A stretch of DNA of 58,122 bases, from contig RHPI01003020.1 in NCBI GenBank assembly GCA_009103225.1, positions 240,724 through 298,845 of the forward strand, read 5' to 3'. The translations under genes were made by a program, and so were the position numbers. The notes under the pieces are model-generated. The model was not told the origin of the DNA and made no database searches. It worked only from the letters and a program-made list of their open reading frames with translations. The DNA is from Chlorokybus atmophyticus (taxonomy: Eukaryota; Plantae; Mesostigma and Chlorokybus algae). Within the stretch, counting starts at the first letter, position 1. The number at the start of each line of letters is the position of its first letter. Positions 41,110 through 53,247 of this stretch are shown here, piece after piece.

Positions 41110-42452
41110 CTACTGCTGCTGCTCCTGCTGCTGTGAGGGTGGCGGTATGCGCGACGGCCCTCTGTTGGCGGTCTTTTTTGGCAGCAAGAATGCGTGCACA
41201 TGCGGCAGCATGCCTCCCTCAGGCATTATGGCGTCGTTGAACAGCTGCGAAAGCTCCTCGTCATTGCTCACCTGAAAGTGTAAGAAAGCACTTGTGAGTG
41301 CCAGTCAGAGTTTCATCTGCTCCTTTCTGATTGTTAGCTGGCTTCGCTCAGCGTGCATATGCTGCTGGCCTGGAAGCAACAGACAAGCCACCTAGTAGAC
41401 ATTTGTGTTAACATGCATGCACACAGCGAAGTGTTGCAGCAGTTGAAACACTAACCGCCCAGCCAAGCTTGACGCTTGACAGAGCCTTTGTCAACCTGAG
41501 GTGTCATGTTGTGTTCAACAAGCGCCTTGGCTGACCCAACTTGCACGCATGCGCATGTGTGTTGGGGTATGACGTTGCACTGACTGTAATTGGTTCTGCT
41601 CAGAACTCGGTTCAGCTGAGCTTCGCTTGAAAGTTGCGTCAATAACTGTCGGACATTTGTGATCGAGTGAGCAACTCAGCCTTAGAAACACGATGTGCAT
41701 CATACGGCCTGCGGTCCAGTTGAGGTTACTCACGGCGAGTAGGATGTGGCGTGGTTGGATAATGTTCTTGCCATGCTGCTTAGCAGCATCTCCAGCAAGG
41801 TCCAGCACCTCAGCCGCGAGGTACTCCAGCACGGCCGCCAGGAAGACTGGCGCACCAGACCCCAGCCGGTCCACCTTCGGGACCAGCGGCGGCGGATCGA
41901 CGGGCTCCTTCAGGTACCGGGCGATCCTCCCGACTGCGCACATGTGTGTGCGTGCGTGGGTGCATGTGTGCATCCACATGATGCATGCATATGTGCACTG
42001 TGGGTACGCCTATAGGTGCGGGTAGATACCTGACTGCGTGAGGGCATACATGTGTGCATGCATGCGTAGGAGCATGTTTGTTGTGTCAGAGCATGCGTGT
42101 GTGCAGAATGAATACAGACACTGAGACTCAGCTTGATCTGAACGCAAGTAGTGTGGCATGAGAGCCTCCTGCACCTGGAAAGATGAGTCCAGCTTTCTGC
42201 TGTCTGCGCACAGGTCTGCGCCTGCGTCTGCCACCGGACCTGCCTTCGTCAGGGAGTTGCATCTGCAGATCTTCTGGTGAGGGCTGATACTCTGTATCCT
42301 CCTGATCCTCCATATCCTCGGGGCTCTCGTCCTTGTTCGCCTGCTGGTCCTTCTGCTTGTCGTCAGTTTCATCAGCTAAACGTGACCGTTTTCCCGGTGG
42401 CGGATAATCCTGCAATCGTTGTGTGATTTGCATATGCACGCACACACGCACG

Positions 42453-42502
<50 letters not shown>

Positions 42503-42628
42503 CTGTGCTGTCCCTGCTTCCATTTCTTTGGTGTTGGTTGTTGTGGTTGTTGTGGTTCTCCTGTACGTTGTCGTATCTCCCTCTGTCTCTGGCCCCGCAG
42601 GTGCCGTGTGCTCCGCCTCGTCCTCCAT
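41110..42628 (-). CDS. Highly divergent histone H2A variant (240 aa, 4 exons)
   Basis: Exons 42628-42503, 42409-42175, 41933-41734 and 41271-41110 are all GT-AG and phase-compatible (723 nt). Core: [10 protein letters not shown]|[67 protein letters not shown]|[33 protein letters not shown]. Confidence 0.92.
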
Positions 42629-43774
42629 TGTGAGCTCGTCCTTCTCAGACGCTATGTTCTTGTTTTAACCCTTTGTGAGACTTCAGCCAAATGGCACAAG
42701 TGTTGCTGTTGCTGCTTGCGTTTAGCTAAGTTAACAAGACATGCAGTCTTTGTACATGAAGATGACCTGCGCTCTGGAAGTTTGGGTTGCACCCATTCGG
42801 TCTTCTGGTGTGCATGCACGAAGACTCTGGCCGCCAGCACTAAAGCTACGTGTGTTTCTGAAGCCATGCATGGGCTTACAAAACAACCGAAAGGACAGCT
42901 GAGCTTAACACCGTGTTGCCAAGAAACCCCCCCGAGCTGAGTCGTGCGTTGCAAGGCAAAAACTCTGGTTCAGTCTTACAACAACAACGACACTACCGAC
43001 CGGTAGATGTTATTGTTGCCATGACAACCGTTGCATAAGCGGTGCTCTCAAATGAAGCGAAAACTTAGACTGCACGCAAGGCCAGTAGTGCATGTTGGCA
43101 TGCATTGGCCTTGAGCTGCATGCAAGTTGTTGACAACTTCCCATGCATGCATGGCATGCATGGGCACCGCCACTGAGACTCACTTGCACAGCAGCATGCA
43201 AGGCCCTTTGCAAGACCAACCAACCCCAGCTACCTGCGTTTGACAGAGACCCTCTCTCCTCGAGTAGATATTCACCCCTTTAGCTTCCAGATTTTCTTCT
43301 CCTGGGCCAAGTCATTCCATCCTTTCTCTCATGCGCTCCCCCCTCCCTCTCCTCCTCCTCCTCCGCCGCCGCCCATAGGCCATATGAAAGACACAAGAGG
43401 GCCTCTGTGTTCTATGAATTCCATTGGCCCTGCCATGCATGCTCCACAGGTATATGTAGCCAGTTACTTTGATTAAAATGCTTGTGAAATGAGGTACGCA
43501 AGGAAGCAAGCAGGCTGGCTTCTTTCATTACTATCAGAACCTCAGCACGCTGAGGCTGTAAAGATCAAGTGCCAGTGAGTTGAGTATCCTCTTTCAGAGT
43601 AGTTCGTTGCTTTGAGTCGCATTCACACTTTCGTGCTGCATGGTGAGCTACGCTGTGCTGTCTGAGGGTAGACCATAGGGGCAAGGGGGCCGCCCGCTTG
43701 CCATTCTTGCAAGCAAAGCAAGCATAACAAAAGGACAGCGCAGCCGCTTGGACAGGCCAGCAGCTGCTCATATA

Positions 43775-44544
<770 letters not shown>

Positions 44545-46888
44545 GTTTTTGAAGCGCCCGTCGTTGGGCTCAGTCGCGTACATGGTGTTGTCATTGTCAC
44601 TACTCCTGCTGCTGTTGTTGGTGTTGGCACTATGTTGGTGTTGATGCTGCCGCTGATGGTTGTGGACTTGTACGTGCGTGCGTGCGTGCGTGCGTGCGTT
44701 GCTTGTGATACTGGTACTGTTCCATATCAAGTTGCTGCTGCTGCTGCTGTTGCCTGAGAGGTGCCACTGTTGCTGATGACAGGTCGTGCGGGCATTGCTA
44801 CTGATAGCAACAGTGCAACTGACTTGGGCTGCTGGATCATCAGAGACCGAGAGAGAACCCATTCGACTTCAGCTAGCTGCAACGCTCTCGGTTGGTACGG
44901 CATTATGCATCGGTGTATGTGATTTGCAATCTGTGTGAACAGCTTTCATAGTCAACCATGTAAGCTGTTGCAGAAGACTGTCAGCCCAGATCACAAGCGC
45001 GTTCGGCGTTCTCATGGCGAAGTCTTTCACTAATGCGGTCGCTGTGGCACGCACTGAAAGGAGACCTGCCAGGCCCTCCATTAATACGGTATTGGAATTG
45101 TCTCAGCAGGTCTGAGCAAATGTAATATGTCAGGTGGCTTGCCATCAAGTATGCTTGTGCAGTGATAGGCAGGGTTGACAGTACGTAGCTTGGTGTGACG
45201 CTGTCGCTGTTAGTGTATGAGAGATTTTGGGTGGCTTGCCATCAAGTATGCGTCATCCTCAAAGGTACCATGCCGGCAAAGCAACTGACTGCTTGCAGCA
45301 CATGTGACATGTGCATACGGGCGCAACCTGCCTAACAAACATGCGAGCATTATGTAGTCTTCAGGTTGCCTGCTGCTTTCTACTGCCTGCCTTGCCACGC
45401 ATTGCATATAGAAGCACATAGCATAGCATTCGTAGAGGCTTTGGTTGTAAGCAATTGTTTTTGCCTGCCTTGTCTGCTATTGCTGCTTGTATTACACAGC
45501 TTCCGTGTGAGATGCATGTTGTGGCTATGGCTTGTACCCTGTTTTACCACGGCTGCAACCAAAGCATGCGGCCACAGTTTCCTTGTGTATAACTCCGTAT
45601 AGACAAGCAGGGCAAGCATTGTCGTTGTCGTTGTCACGTGGCCTGCCCCTCTAGCATTTGATGCAACATGCCCCTAGCCCCCTAGCTTAGCCCTTTGAAA
45701 GTTGATGAAATTTGGGTTTCTGTTTGTGCGGCTTTGCTCGTCCTGTGGCGTGCTTATGTACGTCTGCCCCCTGCCTGCGCTGCCTTGTTTCTACCCGAGG
45801 GTTCCAAAAACCTGAAACCTAAATGTTGAGTGTCCTAGTCTTGTCTGTTGAGCATTGTATGAGCTTTCCAAATGATTCAAGTCGCACTCACACACAACTA
45901 GCACAACACAGACAAGCAGCCAGGACACCAGCACGCGCAATCAAATCAACGCAGGGGCGTAGCTGATGCAGTGCACTAGCCAAGTGCGTGCAAGGATTGG
46001 GGGTGAGAGCGGGGGGGCAAGGCAAAGCAGGCAAGGCAGCAGTGCACCATCTGTGGTCACGCAGATACAGGCATTAGGCCGGTGGCTTCAGGCAGGCAGG
46101 AGGACGACAGCAGCAAGACAGCAGCAGGGCGGAGGCGGAGGGAGTCGGGGTGTGGTTGTGCTGTGAGGTGCAGACGCCACCACAGCCGCCATAGCAGGGC
46201 TCGCATAATTGTAAGACCCATACTGAGACCCGTAGTGAGTGCCGATGGTGTTGCAGAACATCTGGTGGCTACCAGCATGCATATGTGGCCGAGACAGAGA
46301 AGATCTGTCTCGGCCACATATACAACGCTGCTTGTGCTTGTGCATACTTAGGCGCGTTGGTGATTTTCGCATGCTTGGACATACGCGCTGGACACTATAA
46401 ACACGTATGACCACTGTGGCCACTGTTGGCATGCCATACCCAACTACATGCTACATGCCATACCCAACTACATGCTTCCCACATGATCATCATATCGCAA
46501 TACACCCACATCACTGCATGTATCATCTGCTGCTGCGCCAGTTGGACATACAAACTGGAACTATCCTTGTGCAGCTCAAGTGAGCGTACAAACTGTCATG
46601 TGCTTGCACCCAATGCAGTTTGTGCTGCAGCATGTGTGGTACAGTATGTTGCATACATGCACACAAGCCAAACTTGAAGGACAACATGCAGGTATCTGTG
46701 TACCTGGTAGCTCTCCAAATACAATGGCCATCCGCATGCATCACTATGTAACCATGTTGTGCAGGTGAAGAAAATCCAACATTTGGCACATGTGGGTCGA
46801 GCTGCATGGCACAGTCGCACAGTCGATGTCTCACTCAACATTCTGACTGCGTATAACGGCTCTATTGCAGGGTCAGGAGATATAAGTC

Positions 46889-49800
46889 TCAAGACGCTCG
46901 CTGAGAACTGTTCTGCACAGACTGAGTTGACCATGAAGCACCGCGTGCTGGTGCACCTCTGAGAAAGTTGCTGTCAGACGCAATATTCTCCAGCAACACG
47001 TCATCGATGCCAATGCGCTCCTTCACCTGTAGATGCCACCACATTAACATCACGCAGATGGCGAACGCGTGTGACCTTGCTGACTACAACAGAGTCTGCA
47101 TATACCTCAAGCAGCTTGGACTCCAATGCTTCCACTGTGCGTCGTGCATCTTCGACCTGCCGCTCCAGGCACTTGACGTGCGAAGATGACGAACCGCCGT
47201 TGCCATAGGACAACAAGCTTGAGGACATGTCTGGCAGCACGGATGATGAACCCAACCATGGTAGCTGACTCCGCATGCTGTCTAGCAACGACGACATGCC
47301 TGCTCCGGTCTTCTCAGACCAGCCGCACAGCAGATCCGTGACCACACTGTTGCTTACGGCACCAGAGGAGCCATAAGCTACTGCCGCTGCTGCCACAGAT
47401 CGCAGAGCAGCCACAGCTTCAGTCACATCTGCAGTGTTTGCAGCTGCCATAGCTGCAGCTACTGCTGACCTGTTCAGGCAGGTGTCAATATGAGCAATCT
47501 GGACAACTGACGGACTTGTACAACTACAGTAATCGAAATAGTCTACTTGAGTTACCTGATGTCTTCTTGGGTCGCAGCTGCTGTAGTGCTGTTTGAACGC
47601 GACCGTTTCTGCTTGTTGTCTGTCTCGCGTCGAAGATTTCCATTGGCAGTGGGTGCATCGAGAGTTTTGGCAATGTTGCTGTTCACCACGCCACCAGGCT
47701 GAGAAGACTGCTCAGCAAATTGCAGGGTTGCGCTGGCAGGAGCTTTCATTGAAGATGATGATACTGCCTTGTCAACTACTCGGCTGGCTGGGCCATTGCT
47801 GTGCACAGCTTTGGTATTAGCGGAGCTGTTTGCAACAGCAGCTGCTGCCTGCTGCTGCAACAAAATGGCAGCGTCTCCTGGTAGTGCCAACTTCACACCA
47901 GTCGTGAAGTCCTCGTCGCGACCCAAAGAACCGCCAGATGACTTGCTAAGTTTCTTGGATCGTAGTCTCTCGGCATCCTTCTCCTTATCCTTTTCCTTAT
48001 CACGCCGATGCTTTTCAGCCTCTTCATCACGACGTTTCCGCTCAGCTGCAGCGGCCTTTTCAACCTTCTCCCGCTCACGTCGCAGCTTCTTTTCGCGCTT
48101 GCGGATCACCTTCTACACACCACATGCGCCTACTGTCAGCATACATGACCAGCATCACTGAACTCAAAACGCATGGTTCGGCTGCATACCTTCTGGTCTG
48201 CTGTGAGCTCACCACCCGCCAGGTGATCATCATCATCAGGTACGGATGTGGCGTCCAGAGCTTCTTGCTCATCATTCTGCGATGTGTCATCGCCATTTGC
48301 CAGACTGCCATCTGTCTCGGGACTACCAGGTGACACCGTAGACGCTCCTGAGCTCAGCTGGTAAGGATGTTCAGCACTGTGGACACGCTCAAGGGCGCCA
48401 TTGCGCCAACCTTCAGGAGGCATGTCTGTACTGGAAGTTGACATGCCTGGTCCAGGCTGCATACCCATCCAAGGGTTGCCGCGCGTCAAAGATGGGCCAC
48501 TGGTCAGGCTGGGGTTAGGCCAAGTGGCCGCGGTGTGTGGGTGCTGATTGTGGATGCTGTGGCTCTGCCCTGGAACTGCGGTCTGTCCATTGCTGGCAGC
48601 TAGGAACTGAGCAAAACCTCCAGCTGCTACGGCCTGGCCAAAAGGTCCACTGCCAAGCTGTGGGTAACTTGTGCTGGCAGGTGCAGCACCGTTACCAGCA
48701 TTGCTTGACGAGGGCGCAGTGCTACCCATGACAAATCCTCCGACCAACCCAGCAAACGCATGATTCCCATGATTCTGACTTGGACCTGGACCGAAAAGCG
48801 ATGGTTGAAAACCTGGAGGGGGTGTGCGTCGTGCTGTTGTTGGTTGTAATTGCTGTTGTTGCAGAGGCTGTGGGTGTGCTTGATGTGAAGGCTGTGGTTG
48901 CAGGGCAGATATGGAGGTGCCAGGTGCAGGGTAAGTCTGCGGCCCTGCTAACCAATTCAGTTGATTGACTGCCTGCGTGCCATGAGGAGTAGCTGCTAGA
49001 TTCCCAGGGTCATATGCCTTTCCCGCACCCATGATGGCAGGATCCACAAAACTGTTGCTACCAAAAAGCCCTGATGCTGGGCGTATGCCAAAATCCAACT
49101 GCCGTGCAGCAGCTGGCCCTGCGGGTTGTTTCACTCCTAATGCTGAGAACAATGCTGACATGTCCACGCTTGCACTGCCATTGCCCTGGACATTTGGTGT
49201 TGCAAACCCAGGGGGTCCAGTAGACACCGGTCTTGCGGGTGCAAACCCAGGAGGAGCTGGCTTCGCAAACCCTGGAGGGACTGCACAACAGGCAGTGAGG
49301 AAGATGCAACCCAAGCAAACTACTGCTTCCTAACAAGCAACCAGGCAGCTGAGCCCTGCACACCTTGACTTATGTGCATACAACATCAGGTACTTCTGCA
49401 ATTGCAAAAACTCACCCGAAAGTCTTGTTGCCGCCGAGCGCTCCAATTCGGACACTGTCATTGGTGGTGCTGTAGGCTTCAGTATAGGAGATATTGGGGC
49501 AGAATGCTGGGTTGAGCTTTGCTCAAAAGTGATGCTCACATTCGGCAGCATGGCACGAAGGGACTGATGCCAACTTTCTAAGCTCGCAGCGGGTTGTAGG
49601 GCTGGTTCAATTGAGGGTGTGCGCGAGGATGCTGATGTGCTCTGACCAGCCCTGCTTGGCCTGCCATCCACACCTGGTGTTTCCTCAGCATCCCCACGTG
49701 CAAATGTAAATCGTGACTGCCTTGCAGGTTTTGCTGCTAACGACAGATTGGCAGCAAGCCGGCCTGCCTCAGCGGAGCGGATGCCAGCAAGGGCAGTAGC

Positions 49801-52650
49801 ATGTGGCAAGGTAGAGCCCTCAGCCCACGGATCAAAGTCCAGGTCAAGGATGTCCTTAAACAGGTCTTGTGCATCCTGTTCTTGATCGATGTCATCGGCT
49901 GGTTCCACAGGCACTGTGTTCATGTACCCCCCAAGACGCGACTGTGCTTCTGTAAAAGGCGAACCTTCAGGATTACTCAATGGATGAAAGTCTCTTAATG
50001 CATCAGGCACTGCTGCCAAGGCTGGTGATAGGGGTGGTGGAGGTGGTAGGGGAGAGCTCGCAGGTCCTGACCAAGCAATCTGGCGATCGGACTCTTCTTC
50101 CAACCCGATTGTCTGTGCAATCTCGCGATCTTCCCAGCTATCGACCTCCTCCTCCTCAAGAAGTTGCACCTTGCTGCTGGTGCGGACAGGCCGCTGTGGT
50201 GATGCCGGTTCTGCTGTACTTGTCTGAACTTCAAGCTGACTTGGTTCAGGTGCAGAACTAGCCTCTGCAGGGGTGGCAGAGGCAGGCTCAATCTCCGCAG
50301 AAACATCTAAGCGCGCTGTCTGGGAAGGTACCCGCTGTATGCTTGCATGTGATGCTGCGACCTTGCCTGGAGGCTCAGCAGCCACGGCAGCAAATAGTGG
50401 TCTGCCGGATGAGCTTGCAGCAGGCTGTGTAGATCGTGTTGGTGGTGTGCTGGGTGTATTGGAAAGCAGAGAAATGGAGGCAGGGCGAGGACCTGTGGTG
50501 CCTGATGAAAGCGGAATGCGAGTTGTCATAACAGGTGCAGGCGGTCGAGCAGCATGAGGACCCCACACAGGCTGCGTGATTGGTGGGTTGGCAGGTCCCG
50601 GAGGTGCCGGTGGTGATACTCGCTTTCCTCGGCCTGCTGCCGCAGGAGGCGGTGCTGCTGCAGCTGCCTTCGCAGCGAGCGACGCTTTTGCTCCCCAGGA
50701 CGACGTTGGTGGTAAGCTAATCGGTGGTACAGCAGACGGTGTCAAGGCCGCAGTGTCAGCTTGCTGAGGTGGACCTTCAGATCGCCCTCCTCGTGATGTT
50801 GAGTGCGTGGCCTCATGAAAATTTTGATGTTTGCTGCCAAATCGTGCCAACATTTCCTCCTTAGTGAAGCTGTCTTCTTCCACGCCAACGTCATGCAGGT
50901 ACAAGCAATCCGGATTGTTACAAGGCACATGCCGCAAAAAAGCATTGCAGTACTTTGTCGTGCCAAAACAAGCCCTGCAGCAATGCGTATTCAGAAAATC
51001 GGTCACACGCATCCACGGCCAACCTGACACAGTATCAAACCCAACGTGATGCACACAACTTACCGGACAAGTCTGCCTTGGTGTATAGTGCCATCTATGG
51101 CTGCTATGCACGCCATTGCATCTTCTTCCCGTGCAAAGGTGACATAAGCACTGCCACCGGGAGCAGAAGCAGCAAAGGGGAAATTATTTCCCCGGTTAAC
51201 TGCTATCTTCAAAATCTTCCCAAATTGGCCAAAGTGCTCATGCCTTCTCAACACCTGACAGCATGAGCATTGGACACAATTACAGATTGGACGCATTCCT
51301 CTGTTGCACTTCCAGTGTATATATATGCCAACAGCATGGAAGACTCAATACACGCAGACAGTATGCTGCAACCGTGTGACATTGTGAACTAAGCATGCAA
51401 GACAGTGTTACCTCTTCCAAACAATCTGATGGCGCCAACCCGACAACATAAACCAGGTTCCGTTGTATGACACGCATGTTGCTCAAATGTTTTCGCGAGG
51501 CAGAGACTTCCGATCGCTCTTGCTTCTCTTTTTGCTTCTTATCGTTGATGATCTTTTGCAACCTGCTCAACGCAGAACCAATGTTGAATCTCAGGACATG
51601 GCGATACCACAGCAACTAGACACATGGCAAGATACTTACTGCTGCGGATCTGGAGCACTTGTGTTTATGTTGTCCAAGTCATAAGGCGTGCGGCAAGCTG
51701 GGCAGCGAGCGGTTGTGTAGTCTTTGTTCGCAATCTCAACAATTTGATGCCAGCACCACAGACAAATCTACAACACAAACACAGCAAGTACAGGTTGAAT
51801 AGAGAGCACCTGCACTGTAATGCTGCGCTGCTGAACTCACCAAGTCCCGCAATTTACACAGCAATAACGTTTTGTACTCATCTTTTTATGTACTCGTCGA
51901 CCAGTACCGCACATGTACTGTTCAATTGCACTGCTTGCGGGCTACATAGTTGCTAACGGCATTTCTAATTGCATTCAAGGGTGTTCCGACAACCACTCAT
52001 ACAGGGAGCTAGTATGCTGCATGCATGCACAGAAGCTCCCGGTATGAGGCCCAATTTCCGTCTGTACCAGGCCAAGTCAGCTTCAATTGCGCCAGTACAG
52101 GTTGCAAGGGTCCACGATAACACGGCACAACTGGTTGTACGTACTGCTTGAACAAGTTGGACACGGACCCTGGGCCCAATGCAGCAAGCTGCATGACTTG
52201 TGCACAAAACCTGTGGGGCAGCGCTGGAATGCTGGTGAAGCAGCTAGCACGCAATGAGTTTGCTGACCAGCTTGCAACGACCAAGTGGCTTAAATTAGCT
52301 TCTACCAAGGCCCAGCCGTTGCCGTAGAGGCTTCACTGCTGAGATTGGCGACCACACATCAAGCAATGCTGGATCGGCCTTGTTTTGTCAGATAAGCAAG
52401 ACTTCATTGTACAAGAGAAACGCTGCTGTTCAAACGGCAGGCTTCCTTCAATCGCAGAGTTGTCGCTCTTCTTGATGTGCGGAGCAATGACCATCAATAT
52501 ATGGTCATTGCTATGACCATCCACAGCGTCAGCACAGCTGCTTCTCGTGCTCACCTGATAGCCGCATTTGCAAGGCAGAAAATGCTTGTCCGTAAGGTCA
52601 AGATCCTCAAGGCAGAGAGGGCACTGCTCCTGCTCGTCCGCGTAGTCCAT
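46889..52650 (-). CDS. NOT4: NOT4/CNOT4 RING-RRM-C3H1 E3 ubiquitin ligase of CCR4-NOT, with long C-terminal extension
   Basis: CPLCLEDLDLTDKHFLPCKCGYQ|ICLWCWH..RCPACRTPY, RKHLSNMRVIQRNLVYVVGL, FGQFGKILKI, SAYVTF, ACFGTTKYC..FLR..PCNNPDCLYLH, DILDLDFDPW, RQSRFTFAR and PPGF repeats. TGA at 46889-46891. Confidence 0.95.
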
Positions 52651-53247
52651 GTCTGCTGAGCTTTGTTCACTAAATTGAGTGTGCTGAAAAGAACCCCTTC
52701 TGCTGATCCGCAGCAAATTACTCTCTGGTCAATAGCAAGCCTCGACACCTCAGCCTCCTACCTCGACCTCCTACGACCACGTCCTCCGACACCGCCGCCG
52801 CCGCCCGCCTCGACAGCTGGTTTTCTAGGGTTAGGGTTTCATGCTCCGAACTGCTTTTGGTGGAAGGGGAAAACATAACAAAACTCTGCAAATGCATAAA
52901 CGGCATGGAGAATATCGTTACAACGAGATGTAGTCGTAACTGCCTGCAGCGGCCATTATACAATGCATGCATTGACTGGTCAAGTAGCCAGTTGAGCCAC
53001 GCGCAGTGTTCTGTCTGCAGGACATTTGGCATAGCCCGGGATGCAAGGGAGACGTGCGCACAGAGTGGCCGTTGGATGAAGCGTGTGGGGTGAATGGCAT
53101 CATAATGCCGAGGAGATGTAGTCTTACACCTGGACGCGTGCTCCCTGGCTGTAAGAAAGGCGCTGACTGGGGCTCCGCCCTGGCTATAACCTCAAGCCCT
53201 ATTTGCCATGCTTATAGCCAGGGAGGATTGAGGCTAAAGGCGGTGCC
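52651..53247. promoter_or_regulatory. Putative bidirectional promoter / 5' UTR region NOT4-SWC4 with telo-box
   Basis: 597 bp between divergent ATGs. TAGGGTTAGGGTTT at 52826-52839. Confidence 0.6.

Noticed and set aside
44780-46400. Protein-like frames, a duplicated 22-mer (ggtggcttgccatcaagtatgc at about 45133 and 45230) and a CTICGH motif at about 46045
   Set aside because: Competing frames with stops and no identifiable family. Possibly a decayed gene, but unsupported.
52009-52308. 99-aa ORF inside NOT4 intron 1
   Set aside because: The RING domain exons splice directly in frame, and the ORF has no motif.
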